Assembly (NCBI GenBank): GCA_037142195.1 | Contig: JBAXBA010000007.1 | Location: 10,232-74,231 of the forward strand | Origin: Pseudomonadota bacterium | GTDB lineage: Bacteria; Bdellovibrionota_B; Oligoflexia; Oligoflexales; CAIMVM01 | Direction: 5' to 3' | Length of the DNA: 64,000 bases | Shown here: piece after piece, positions 27,065 to 37,237 of the stretch | Numbering within the stretch: position 1 is the first letter of the stretch | Layout of the letters: each line of letters begins with the position of its first letter | Position numbers and translations under genes: made by a program | The notes under the pieces: generated by a model | Database searches by the model: none | What the model saw: the letters and a program-made list of their open reading frames with translations, nothing else | What the model was told of the DNA's origin: nothing

Positions 27065-28674
27065 CGAGACAGAAACTCAATCAACTTGGGAAAACACTAT
27101 GGGATATCGCGGATGATTTGCGCGGAGCAATGAATGCGGACGATTTCCGTGACTATATGCTCTCATTCCTGTTCCTGCGCTATCTCTCGGATAACTACGA
27201 AGCAGCGGCTCAAAAAGAGCTGGGGAAGGATTACCCTAAGCCAAAAAACGGTAGCAAGGAAGCTCCGCTGGCAATTTGGCACCAAGAAAATAAGAAAGAT
27301 GTCGACGCTTTTGAAAAGCAAATGCGCCGCAAGGTTCATTATGTAATCAAACCTGAATATCTCTGGACGAACATCGCAGAACTCGCTCGAACCCAGCACC
27401 ATGATCTTCTTCAAATACTTGAAAAGGGTTTCAAATATATCGAGAACGAGTCATTTGAGAGCACCTTCCAGGGCTTATTCTCAGAAATAAATCTGAATTC
27501 GGACAAGCTCGGTAGGAAATACGACGATCGAAACAAAAAACTCTGTACGATCGTGCAAAAGATTGCTGAGGGCATCTCTAAATTCTCCGCTGATAGCGAC
27601 ACTTTAGGTGACGCGTATGAGTATTTGATCGGGCAATTTGCGGCGGGATCAGGAAAAAAGGCCGGGGAATTCTATACTCCGCAAACTTTGTCCACCATTT
27701 TGTCTGAGATTGTTTCCCTGGATAGCCAAGATCCTTCGCGCGGACCTAAGAAAAAACTCGACAAGGTTTTGGACTTTGCTTGCGGTTCAGGTTCCTTGCT
27801 CTTAAACGTCAGGCGCCGCACCCAGGAATACAAGGGCAGTATCGGTAAAATATTTGGGCAAGAGAATAATATCACTACTTACAACCTTGCGCGCATGAAC
27901 ATGCTTCTGCATGGACTGAAAGATACTGAGTTCGAAATTCATCATGGTGACTCGCTCTTAAACGACTGGGACTTGTTGAATGAAATGAACCCATCCAAGA
28001 AGTTGGAGTGCGATGCAATAGTCGCTAATCCACCGTTTAGCCTCCGGTGGGAACCCACAGATGCTTTGGGTGATGATTTTAGATTCAAAAACTACGGTCT
28101 CGCTCCTAAGTCTGCTGCTGATTTTGCGTTCCTCCTACACGGATTTCACTTTCTTTCTGACGAAGGAACCATGGCAATCATCTTACCTCACGGAGTTTTG
28201 TTCCGAGGAGGGGCTGAACTAGAGATCCGAAAAAAACTATTGAAGGATAACCACATCGATACGGTTATCGGCCTACCTTCAAACCTGTTCTATTCAACTG
28301 GCATCCCTGTTTGCATACTAGTTCTGAAAAAATGCAAAAAATTTGATGACGTTCTCTTCATCAATGCTAGCGAGCATTTCGAAAAGGGCAAGCGCCAAAA
28401 CTCTTTGCGTGAAGAGGATATTTCAAAGATCGTTGATGCATATAGAGATCGCAAGGAAGAACCTCGATACTCCAGGCGAGTTTCGCTCGATGCAATCGAG
28501 AAGAAACACGATTTTAACCTAAACATCTCACGTTATGTAGTAACGGCTAAGCCGGACGAAGATGTCGAACTTTCAGAAGTTCATAAGCAGATTGTGGCCA
28601 TCAATCAGCGAGCTGAAGAAGCTAGAGCCAAGCACAATGTTTTTTTGAAAGAACTTGGTTTGAGGGAGATTTGA
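27061..28674 (+). CDS. hsdM: Type I R-M methyltransferase subunit
   Basis: GEFYTP, DFACGSG, ANPPFS, LPHGVLFRG. Confidence 0.96.
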   Translation: MTRQKLNQLGKTLWDIADDLRGAMNADDFRDYMLSFLFLRYLSDNYEAAAQKELGKDYPKPKNGSKEAPLAIWHQENKKDVDAFEKQMRRKVHYVIKPEYLWTNIAELARTQHHDLLQILEKGFKYIENESFESTFQGLFSEINLNSDKLGRKYDDRNKKLCTIVQKIAEGISKFSADSDTLGDAYEYLIGQFAAGSGKKAGEFYTPQTLSTILSEIVSLDSQDPSRGPKKKLDKVLDFACGSGSLLLNVRRRTQEYKGSIGKIFGQENNITTYNLARMNMLLHGLKDTEFEIHHGDSLLNDWDLLNEMNPSKKLECDAIVANPPFSLRWEPTDALGDDFRFKNYGLAPKSAADFAFLLHGFHFLSDEGTMAIILPHGVLFRGGAELEIRKKLLKDNHIDTVIGLPSNLFYSTGIPVCILVLKKCKKFDDVLFINASEHFEKGKRQNSLREEDISKIVDAYRDRKEEPRYSRRVSLDAIEKKHDFNLNISRYVVTAKPDEDVELSEVHKQIVAINQRAEEARAKHNVFLKELGLREI

Positions 28675-28943
28675 TGTATCAGAGACGAGAATCGTACAGC
28701 GCGAGGTGTTGGCTAATCATTCATGACTGCATTGCCTCTATCGAGGGACCGACTCGCATTGGAAATAATTAGGCATGCGAGGTAAGATCAGCAGCGCTGC
28801 GCAGATTCAGGATATTTAAATTAAAGCTCGCGAAAATTATGTAGAAAAATTGTAAGATGCACGGATTTGTCACACGGCAATTATATAAGCAGGGAAAATA
28901 GTTTTGAACCAACATGTAACAGACATTTGCCTAAGGGGTCCAA

Positions 28944-30764
28944 ATGGAATTTTGTCAAAAAGCTCAAGCAAACGCTTTTGGCGACTGGAAGGTACCAGAG
29001 AAGCTTAAGTCCGAGTACTGCTATCTGGAACTTAGGGATGCCTTTCGTTATCTTTCTTGTCTGGTAGAAAGTCAAGGTCAAGAAGCTCTCGCTGATAATA
29101 TCGCAGTTCTCGCAAAAATATGCGAGATGGTTTTATCATTGAGCGATGCTGCCACTCCTTTTAGGGCTTTGGAAACTTTGCAGAATTGTTCAAGCACCGA
29201 TTCACTTGATGACTTCGTTGATGTTCATTTTGAGGTTCTTGAATCGGCATTGTCCCTCACATCAAACTTTGCAATTTTAGCAAGGATTTTAGATGTTATT
29301 TGGACAAGAAAGCAACCGAGTAATAGAAATTATGCAATAGGCGCGATCAAGAACTATGTTGCGTTGGCAGCAGAAATTCGCATTAATCAAACTGATAAGC
29401 TTGTTTATGCAAGCAAGTACCTAGAACGATCAATTCAGCTTTGGAAACTAATTAGGTCTGACCCACAAATCCGCAAGAGCATTGAAGATGAAATTGAAAT
29501 GAGTTTGATGAGCAGCAATTCAGATTCCAGTAGTTTTATCCATTATTATTATTTCAAATTGCTTCCTTCTATAGCGCAGCATTCAGGCCTTGAGAAATGG
29601 AAAGTAATCGGAGAAAAGTTTGTTGACGAAAGCATAAAGCAAAAGAATTTTGAGAAAGCACGAGGATACATTGCTACAATTCGCTTGCTTTACAAGAACG
29701 GAAAAGACCTTTCTAATGCAGAGCTATTTAGAGGAATGCAAACAGATCTTTTTGTCGACGAGGCAAGAGAGATGCGTCATGCGGGAGGAGAGCCTGTTGC
29801 CTTGCAGTATTTTTTTAGCAAAGCAATCGCGGAATGTCGTAATACGAAAGGAAAAAATTCCATTTCTAAGGAACTCCACAAAGAATTGCTGGAGATTCAG
29901 AAACTGATTCCTGGACAACTTAAAGGATATCCCATGAATTTTGACTTATCATCGGAGATAGATTATTTGTTTGAAGTCCTTGACAAGCAAAACTTTGGAA
30001 GTGTTTTCAAGATTATCGCCAGAGAAGTCAGCCCCGCTTCAAAGATGAAGTTGTTTTCCGAAGCTGAGTGCCAATTGGAAGAATTCAGCATTCAGAGTGG
30101 CAAAAGGTCGATGGTAGATGAAAAAGGCAAAATCATTGCGAAAAGATCGGGACGAGGAGCAACACTTCAAGAACTAGCTGCGGCAGTCCGCTCGAGAGCA
30201 AGTCAGAACCTTTTAGTGACATTTAGAAAAAAAGGGTTTGTGTTGTTACGGGCGCAATTACAAATTGTTAATCGTTCAGATTTTGACGAGTCGTTGATCG
30301 ACTCTCTTGTTTGTACAAGCTCATTTGTGCCGGCATCTCGTCGCGAACAGATTAAGCGAGGAATTCTCACTGGTCTGCAAGGAGATTGGATTTCTTGTGT
30401 CTCGATTTTAACACCGCAACTTGAAAATTCGTTGCGGCATATCATGCAGAATGCCGGGCACAATATGGCCTGCATCGACCATTTTGGGATTCAGAAAGAA
30501 AAAGATTTGAATGATTTCATTGAAACAGAAGAATTTAGAAATTTGGTAGGCGAAGATATGCAGTTTCAGCTTCAAGTCCTTCTATGTGATAGGGCAGGTT
30601 TAAATTTGAGAAACAACGTGGCGCATGGGCTGCTTACGGATAATGCAGCACTTTCTGGGACTTCTGCATTCCTTTGGGCACTAACAATATTGCTTTGCGA
30701 TAATTTTCAAGAAGGCTCCAATGCTGTACCTGCGTCCTTACATAATACGGACGATCCAAACTAA
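28944..30764 (+). CDS. DUF4209-like protein with C-terminal HEPN-like RxxxxH motif
   Basis: PQLENSLR...GLNLRNNVAHGLL. Confidence 0.7.
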   Translation: MEFCQKAQANAFGDWKVPEKLKSEYCYLELRDAFRYLSCLVESQGQEALADNIAVLAKICEMVLSLSDAATPFRALETLQNCSSTDSLDDFVDVHFEVLESALSLTSNFAILARILDVIWTRKQPSNRNYAIGAIKNYVALAAEIRINQTDKLVYASKYLERSIQLWKLIRSDPQIRKSIEDEIEMSLMSSNSDSSSFIHYYYFKLLPSIAQHSGLEKWKVIGEKFVDESIKQKNFEKARGYIATIRLLYKNGKDLSNAELFRGMQTDLFVDEAREMRHAGGEPVALQYFFSKAIAECRNTKGKNSISKELHKELLEIQKLIPGQLKGYPMNFDLSSEIDYLFEVLDKQNFGSVFKIIAREVSPASKMKLFSEAECQLEEFSIQSGKRSMVDEKGKIIAKRSGRGATLQELAAAVRSRASQNLLVTFRKKGFVLLRAQLQIVNRSDFDESLIDSLVCTSSFVPASRREQIKRGILTGLQGDWISCVSILTPQLENSLRHIMQNAGHNMACIDHFGIQKEKDLNDFIETEEFRNLVGEDMQFQLQVLLCDRAGLNLRNNVAHGLLTDNAALSGTSAFLWALTILLCDNFQEGSNAVPASLHNTDDPN

Positions 30765-31371
30765 GAGCCGTGCAACTAATCCAGACAATTTAGTTTCAAT
30801 AAACGAATTTTCCACGAATTGTGAATAATAGTCTCTACTTTGCCAACTTCAATGCATTTCAAATGTCCCAAGGGCCAATCATCTCAGAAGTCTAGAAAAT
30901 TGCCCATAATAGAACGCAGCCAGGAACATCATGCCACCAATCATCCTTCTATTTTCAATGACTGCAAAGGCCCGTCTGGCAGCGCTATACTATAAATGGG
31001 AAAGGCAAATGCAAAATTTAGCCTAAGATATTCGAAAGATTTAAGAAAGAGTTTGAACGCCAATCAAAGTCCATAGAATTCTTGCTCGAAAAGAATCCAC
31101 ATACAGACTGGTAAGTTTTGGCGCTCTGAAAGTGCGGCTCAATTGGAGGAGTTGACCTTATGGAAAAAACATAATATTGCTATTTGAGGCAAAAAATTTG
31201 CACATTTAAATTGACACTACCGGCATTCGAGGAAGAGATTTTATGTGTGGACGCAAAACGCAAAGAGGAGCTACCGCGATGAATGCTTGAGTACTACAAG
31301 AAGGATGGGTGTTTCATTGTCGAGTTGTTTAGGTGACTTTTCAATATTTATGGAAGATAGGAGGTGAAATC

Positions 31372-32220
31372 ATGGACCCAATAACAACATTGGCCATTTC
31401 GAGCGCGATTGGGGGTGCCGCCGGATCTTTTGTTAAAGAAATTTCTACGAACGGTGTGAAGTGGCTCATTGAGTTGGTGACGACTCAGTCTACCGAGATG
31501 CAGGAAATTGCTAAAAGGAATATGGAAAACTTTGTGATTCGCCTTGCTCAAAGGGTGGAAAGGCTGGAGAAAGATATTGATCCAAGCCAAGCATTTGTTT
31601 TTGAGGATGCTCTGAAACACCCGAGCAGCGCACTTCTCATAAAAGGAGCGATGATTGATGCGGCGGCCACCGAAAATCAGGACAAGCACGAGATTTTGTC
31701 TGAGCTGATTGCACAGCGCCTAACGGCCGGTGCTGATGATATGATCGCGTTAGCTGGTGCAGCCGCATGCAATGTTGTGACGTCATTATCCAGTCGCCAA
31801 ATTAAAGCTTTAGCCGTCCTTGTAACTACTCATGCGGTGCGTCCTCTTGTCCCACCGACGATAAATGACGGCGCTCAAGCTGCCGTCGTAGTCGAAAAAT
31901 GGTGGTCAGATAATCTAGGTCCCTTACTCGCGAATTCGGATTTTGCGGCAAGTAATAATTTGGACTTCGAACATTTGGCCGCCATGGGGTGTATCCGCAT
32001 AAGCATCGGATTACAGAATTTTTCTGAAGTTCTGGTTAGTGGAATAGTTCAGCCGAATCCAGCCGCCAATGTAGATTCCTTTAAGGGTAAGGCATGGTTT
32101 GACAGCATTAACTCAAAATGGGAGTTACTGGGTCACGCTACTCCAACGTCCATCGGGCAGCTAATCGGTATTTTGCATAGAGACGCTAAGTTGGGGTCTT
32201 CTACCAAGATTAACTGGTGA
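31372..32220 (+). CDS. LPO_1073/Vpar_1526-like protein
   Basis: GGAGGT RBS; HEILSELIAQRL...V.SLSSRQIKAL, FEHLAAMGC pattern. Confidence 0.55.
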   Translation: MDPITTLAISSAIGGAAGSFVKEISTNGVKWLIELVTTQSTEMQEIAKRNMENFVIRLAQRVERLEKDIDPSQAFVFEDALKHPSSALLIKGAMIDAAATENQDKHEILSELIAQRLTAGADDMIALAGAAACNVVTSLSSRQIKALAVLVTTHAVRPLVPPTINDGAQAAVVVEKWWSDNLGPLLANSDFAASNNLDFEHLAAMGCIRISIGLQNFSEVLVSGIVQPNPAANVDSFKGKAWFDSINSKWELLGHATPTSIGQLIGILHRDAKLGSSTKINW

Positions 32221-32537
32221 CATACTATTTGAAAATCTAGTCCTACATCCCTAGCCGGGCATTCAGCATCTTCAAGCTGACCAGTCCTTTTGGTAAGGAC
32301 TGACAGGCCTTCTTGGCGGCTTTTTCCATGCAGGCTGCTGAAATTGCTCCAGCCGTTACTAGGACGACCAGACCTTTGAGAATCGCACCATAGAGAGACG
32401 TGATACTTCGAATCATGCGTAAACCACCGTTTTTTCTTGCTTTTCATCGATTGCCAGACCGACTACTCGTCTATTTTTTCCACCGAACCAGGCACGTTTC
32501 CCCCACTTGAAGGGGTTCGACTACTATAGCGTCACCT

Positions 32538-32737
32538 CCACCAGTACCTACAATAAACGAACCACGGACCGATTGTGTACCGCTTGGACCGTTTGAAAAA
32601 AAGGACTGGTTTGTAGATTTAAAAGGCAAGGCCCCGGGAGATGACTACGGAGCCCGGCAGTAATTCAGGCCATTTTATTCATTCATCATCCAAAATTCGT
32701 TTAGTCGATTTTAGATTGTCCGAATTCAGTGCACGGC
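32538..32737 (+). repeat. Imperfect repeat, order A-B
   Basis: Shares cgaaccacggaccgattgtgtaccg (25 bp exact) and attttagattgtccgaatt (19 bp exact) with 35573-35774. Confidence 0.85.
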
Positions 32738-32791
32738 GAATATTCATCAGGACATTGCTAAATTCGTTTGACCCGGCGCACTGCGCAATAT

Positions 32792-33067
32792 TTAACATGA
32801 CGATTTATAATTAGATGCTCTGCGACCAGAAACAATGGAATCAACAGAAAGATCTTCATCTAAATCTTCCCAGTGAATTCCCGTGCCGCTACCAAGCAAC
32901 CTAAAATTTCCGAGCTGCTTTTTTGTAGCTTTAGCAAGGCGAGGATAAAACTCAAGTGGCGTTTTGACTTTGCGCCCATCATCTAAAACGAGACAAATCA
33001 TATCATCTGTGAAGCTCACTTCAACAGCTACAGACTCTCTATCAATTTTTAATGCCGAAGTAGTCAT
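32792..33067 (-). CDS. DUF2442 family protein (putative antitoxin)
   Basis: LDDGR...PLEFYPRL..AT..QL, GIHWEDLDEDLSV. Confidence 0.85.
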   Translation of the reverse strand: MTTSALKIDRESVAVEVSFTDDMICLVLDDGRKVKTPLEFYPRLAKATKKQLGNFRLLGSGTGIHWEDLDEDLSVDSIVSGRRASNYKSSC

Positions 33068-33282
33068 ACAATTCTTTCCTAATTTGATCGCTATTGACTT
33101 CCAAAATCGTTCGAGCTTTCTTTAGGTCTTTCGCCTTCATTTTATAGCTCGAGTCTAACGCGATGGGGTTCATCCAAAATTTTGCCAGGCCGTCACCATA
33201 TTCAATATGCACATGAACCGCTTTTTCCATCAGCACTATAGAAAAAAATGCGAAACCCATCTTTTGTAGGTACTGTCGGCAT
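33042..33282 (-). pseudogene. DUF4160 family protein (putative toxin), frameshifted near 33225
   Basis: MPTV..KDGFRIFFYS in one frame, VHVHIEYGDGLAKFW in another. Confidence 0.75.
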
Positions 33283-33678
33283 GACAACTCTTCATCGGAT
33301 GTTATTATATCCAGAATCACAACTCATTTTAAATTAAATTTCAACTAAAGAGAAACTAAATCGCTATTCGCACGCTATCACTTAACTAGGAGTCCAATAT
33401 TCTATACAACTCAGCAACCAGCACATATTTAAGCAACTATTTAATCAATTGCGATACTTGAAGCTGGTTCAGAAATGTAAATAGCCATCAAAAATTGAGC
33501 ACGCAACCAGATTTTGCTTAATTATTGCCGCGCGCCTCTTCAAACCATTTATTAGAATTGTTGATGAAATTTGATTTAAAGGCCCATAGAATTAAAATTG
33601 TTGGCGCGGTTGGCAATATCTATTGAGGAACAAGCCAATCATGAAACACAATCGTCGTAATCATGGCGTCAACTTTGA

Positions 33679-33927
33679 TTAATGATTTGATATCAACACA
33701 TCTTCCTCCTCATGGCGTTTTATAATTCTTGATACAATTCCTTTGGCCCAACGTTTGCCACCTCGGATTAGAATTTTTTGGTCGTTAAGTGTGTTGGCAA
33801 TGGCTGAGCATCCTTTACCAGTTTGCCAGAGACTTTGAATTTGAAGGACGACTTTATATTCCTTTGGTTCCTTTACAGGCCTTCCCTCCAGGTAGGCGGA
33901 GCCATATGGGTCGGCACCATGCGCCAA
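33679..33927 (-). pseudogene. Serine-recombinase DNA-binding (recombinase) domain fragment
   Basis: PYG.AYLEG...EPKEY.VV..I..LW..G....AIA..LN....RGGKRW....V.RII; no catalytic domain upstream. Confidence 0.6.
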
Positions 33928-34060
33928 ATCAATTCATTTTATCGCTTGTTTACCGAAAATTCGTTTATTCAGGTCAAAATTATCTGGTTCGGAGCAGTGC
34001 GACTTATTTTTAAGGACAACTAGACAGGCGTGTTTGAAGTGGCTCCTTCCTACCATTTTC

Positions 34061-35449
34061 TCATTTCAACCGTTTCCACTTCTCCCATTCTGACGGCCTT
34101 ATACGGAATCGTGCAAAGTTTCCGTCGTGCAAAGTATCGACTTCGTTTGTTGTGATTTTGGAGAATTGCTCGACGTCAGAAAGTGTTACGTTATTTTTGA
34201 GTGACCAATCCAAAAGGCCTTTCGAATCCAGCGCGCCTCTCACTATCATTCCAACGGCTTGAATAAGCTGCTCACGATAGCGAGCGCGAAACGGATCTGG
34301 TTGCCCTATTTGTGTGCGCAAGGCTCGGTACAATAGGGCCGATTTTTCATATGCCCAAACAAAAAGCTCTTCGAGTGGTTCAGTTCTTTGAAATTCATAG
34401 ACCGCAAGCATGGCATCTACGTATGCATCTTCTGGAACATCCGTAAACGACAATGGATAAAGGTTCGAACGTATAAGGGGAATGTTTGCGACCAAGCGAG
34501 ATGTACGTTTATTTACATCAATAAATGGTTGCAGGTAAGGCAGATGTACCATTATAAAAAATGCTTGCTCAAAAGGCTCCTTAATTGCCGCAGCCTTTTG
34601 AATCAAGACTTCGAAAAGCTCTTCGATGGCCCAACGATTTGACAATGGAATGTAGACAGATCCTCCAATGGCAACTGCTTCTTTACGCAACGCGCCAGAA
34701 AGTTCAGGGGGGTCAAGAAGGTTGTCGGAGAGAATTGCATGGATATTTCGAATCGTCATGGCATTCATGCCGGTTTCAAAAGCAGAATCGACAATGAACT
34801 CGATAGCCGATTTGTGATTCAGGATCATCTGTGTATCTTGGGCATCTTTCCCTTGTGCAATGATTCCTTTTTCGATGAGCCGCTGCGTGTCCAGAAAAGT
34901 ATAGGTGTTCCCTTCCAGTCTCGAAGAATTCCACGAAAGTTCGATAAGAAGTCGACTTAGTACTTGTTTTGCATAAGTCCCCGCAGGTGCCTGTTCGTTT
35001 GGGCTAATAGCAGTTCCAATGGTATGCAATCGGACAAGATTATTTTTGCTCAGATACGTTGATATATTTGGAATGTAGCTTTCAAGAAATTCACGTATGT
35101 AGCCCACAGGAGTTCGTGATGTGATTGTTTGGTGCAGGAGTCCTCTAATTTCTGCGGATGTTTTCGAGAATGAAATGACATTTTGATTTTGGTTTGAAAG
35201 TTCCTTTGAAATCTCTGGAGGCGCTAGGCGATCGGTGGACTCTCGAGCTTCAACAAGCAGGTACTCTGTTCTTTTGCCTCTCCCTTCGACCGTGATGCTA
35301 CCTTGGCTAACAAGAACACTAATATGTCGCAGAAGCGTCGACCGAGTTTCGCCTGGCTTCAAGATAGCGGAAAGAGTGGCTCGGCCACCGCAATTTTTGA
35401 GTCTGTCTGCAACATCCCTGAGCGCATTATTTGATATGATTCGACTCAT
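34061..35449 (-). CDS. Fic family protein with N-terminal HTH
   Basis: SWNSSRLEGNT, MILNHK, non-canonical Fic motif YLQPFIDVNKRTSR. Confidence 0.88.
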   Translation of the reverse strand: MSRIISNNALRDVADRLKNCGGRATLSAILKPGETRSTLLRHISVLVSQGSITVEGRGKRTEYLLVEARESTDRLAPPEISKELSNQNQNVISFSKTSAEIRGLLHQTITSRTPVGYIREFLESYIPNISTYLSKNNLVRLHTIGTAISPNEQAPAGTYAKQVLSRLLIELSWNSSRLEGNTYTFLDTQRLIEKGIIAQGKDAQDTQMILNHKSAIEFIVDSAFETGMNAMTIRNIHAILSDNLLDPPELSGALRKEAVAIGGSVYIPLSNRWAIEELFEVLIQKAAAIKEPFEQAFFIMVHLPYLQPFIDVNKRTSRLVANIPLIRSNLYPLSFTDVPEDAYVDAMLAVYEFQRTEPLEELFVWAYEKSALLYRALRTQIGQPDPFRARYREQLIQAVGMIVRGALDSKGLLDWSLKNNVTLSDVEQFSKITTNEVDTLHDGNFARFRIRPSEWEKWKRLK

Positions 35450-35461
35450 TTATCCCTCATA

Positions 35462-35538
35462 AAATAACGATTCGAAGCATTATATCATATTTTTAGGTAT
35501 TTATAGCGCTTCGAAGCAAGAAATAACGCTTCGAAGCG
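35462..35538. promoter_or_regulatory. Three palindromic (GC)TTCGAAGC boxes upstream of the fic gene
   Basis: aaataacgattcgaagc 35462, ttatagcgcttcgaagc 35501, aaataacgcttcgaagcg 35521. Confidence 0.6.
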
Positions 35539-35572
35539 ATGTGTCTAGGAAGTCCGCTGGGTAAGAAAGTCA

Positions 35573-35774
35573 AGCCCGGCAGCAACTCCGAATTGTTTAT
35601 ACATTCATAATCGAAAATTCATTTAGTCAATTTTAGATTGTCCGAATTGGGTGCGCGGCCACCAGTACGAAGTCTAGGCGAACCACGGACCGATTGTGTA
35701 CCGTCGAGACCGTCCGAAAATATAGATGGGATTGTAGATTTAAAATGCAAGGCCCGGGGAATGACTCCGGAGCC
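35573..35774 (+). repeat. Imperfect repeat, order B-A (permuted copy of 32538-32737)
   Basis: Same blocks in swapped order, joined at ggcCACCAgtac; ends in hairpin aaggcccgggga-atga-ctccggagcc followed by ttttt. Confidence 0.85.
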
Positions 35775-36169
35775 TTTTTGCTTTGGGGCGCTGGCAGAAC
35801 TGGCTCTACATCTTTGGCAGTCACATAGAGGGTTTTCCGTCCTTGAGGGGGTGTAAACTAAGGATTCAGTAAGGGGCCCTGCGAGCTGCCATGGTATTCT
35901 ATTGCTTTGCCACTCAATGTTCGTTTAGTAATTGTTTAAATGGTTTGAGTTGACGCATTGCTCCAAGTTTAGAGCATAAGATTTCTCAAGCGCTCTAGTT
36001 TTAAATTATAATTCATGGTTTTATACTTTTGAGCATTTTTACTTTTTCAAATTATAGTGGAACATTAGAATTGTATTTCTATTAAAATAGCCATTTAGAT
36101 TTTCATCGCTGTAATCAACTGCATGAAGAGAGAACTCCAAAGAGATTTACTTAAAAAGGGCTGTTAATA

Positions 36170-36628
36170 ATGAATATGAAGCAATGGAAAACCTATACTA
36201 TGATGAAGCTTATAGGCTTCTGGCCTCCCTACTTCGGCACTGGAATAAGCGTGTCCCATTTTTCACCAGATTTGACGGAGATAGACGTGGAAATGCGTTT
36301 GAGGCCGTGGAATCGAAACTATATGGGGACTCACTTTGGTGGATCAATTTATGCTATGGTAGATCCCTTCTTAATGCTCATGTTGATACATCAGCTTGGT
36401 CCCAATTATGTCGTTTGGGATAAATCTGCACTTATAAAATTCAAAAAACCAGGACTTGGAAGAATTTATGCACAATTCAGACTCTCTGTTTCGGAAGTGA
36501 ATCAAATCAAGAAAAATCTAGAGACGACTCGTAAAATAGAACCCGTTTTCCAGGTCTTAATAAAGAATGACCTGGGAGAGATCGTTTCTGAAGTTGAGAA
36601 AGTTCTATACATTAGAAACAAAAACTAA
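36170..36628 (+). CDS. DUF4442/hotdog-fold thioesterase-like protein
   Basis: WPPYFGTGI, NRNYMGTHFGGSIYAMVDP, VWDKSA.I.FKKPG. Confidence 0.85.
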   Translation: MNMKQWKTYTMMKLIGFWPPYFGTGISVSHFSPDLTEIDVEMRLRPWNRNYMGTHFGGSIYAMVDPFLMLMLIHQLGPNYVVWDKSALIKFKKPGLGRIYAQFRLSVSEVNQIKKNLETTRKIEPVFQVLIKNDLGEIVSEVEKVLYIRNKN

Positions 36629-36757
36629 ATAAATTAGCACTAGAGAAATTCAACTCTCAAACATAGAACAAACTGCCCCAAAGTTCGCAATAATGAATTC
36701 TTACAACAAGGATTTGTGGCAAAGGCATCCCGATCTTTCGATTGCAGTAACTGCGAG

Positions 36758-37201
36758 TTAGTTGGCCTGTTTTAATTCCTTTTCTAATGCAGACAATAGA
36801 TACTTGGCATCGGAAGCGCTAATGTTGCACTCAGTCATGTCTTCCATCGTAATAGCCGTTAGCGCCTCTTTTTGAATGACCCATTTTTCACCAAATTTGC
36901 GGAGAATGATGTACTTCGGTGAGCTTTGGCGCACATCTCGTTCTTCCCTTCCGTGGAGTGTTGTGATGGATGCAAGCGCCGAATCTCCCTTGTAAACAAT
37001 TGTATTCCCGTAAGGGTTATAGTTTGCAGATAGGACGAAATAGATGTCTCTTTCAGTGGAATCCGTTTCCCTAAAACCACCCTTTTGCTGGGATTCATCC
37101 GCTAAGGCTTGGGACGAACTAGCGCCTTCTCCTTTGTGTAATGGAGAATTGCAGGCGCTTAATACGATTCCCATTAAAATTGTAAAACAAACTCTCTTCA
37201 T
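36758..37201 (-). CDS. Hypothetical lipoprotein
   Basis: Lipobox LSAC. Confidence 0.65.
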   Translation of the reverse strand: MKRVCFTILMGIVLSACNSPLHKGEGASSSQALADESQQKGGFRETDSTERDIYFVLSANYNPYGNTIVYKGDSALASITTLHGREERDVRQSSPKYIILRKFGEKWVIQKEALTAITMEDMTECNISASDAKYLLSALEKELKQAN

Positions 37202-37237
37202 CGAAAATCTCCTCGATATTTGGAATTTAAAGCGATG

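Larger units (their letters stand above)
1..35774. mobile_element. Integrative conjugative element (ICE)-like island, left end outside window; right boundary approximate
   Basis: Serine recombinase, relaxase, coupling ATPase, VirB-like T4SS, excisionase-like HTH and defence cargo are clustered; att-like repeats at 32538-32737 and 35573-35774; host-type genes begin after ~36 kb. Confidence 0.8.

Noticed and set aside
30780..31330. Possible gene remnant between the DUF4209-like and LPO_1073-like genes
   Set aside because: No ORF of 60 aa or more and no recognisable motif
32133..32447. 104 aa minus-strand ORF
   Set aside because: Overlaps the end of a convincing plus-strand gene; looks like a frameshifted remnant with no assignable family
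32510..32543. ggggttcga...cctccacca resembling a tRNA/tmRNA 3' end
   Set aside because: The T-stem cannot pair and no upstream cloverleaf is present; not called as an RNA gene, kept only as a possible att relic
35633..35856. Short ORFs on both strands across the B-A repeat
   Set aside because: They lie within the repeat, and the frame is not preserved in the other copy
35775..35895. GC-richer stretch that might be a structured ncRNA or riboswitch
   Set aside because: No family-defining motif recognised; would need an Infernal/Rfam search
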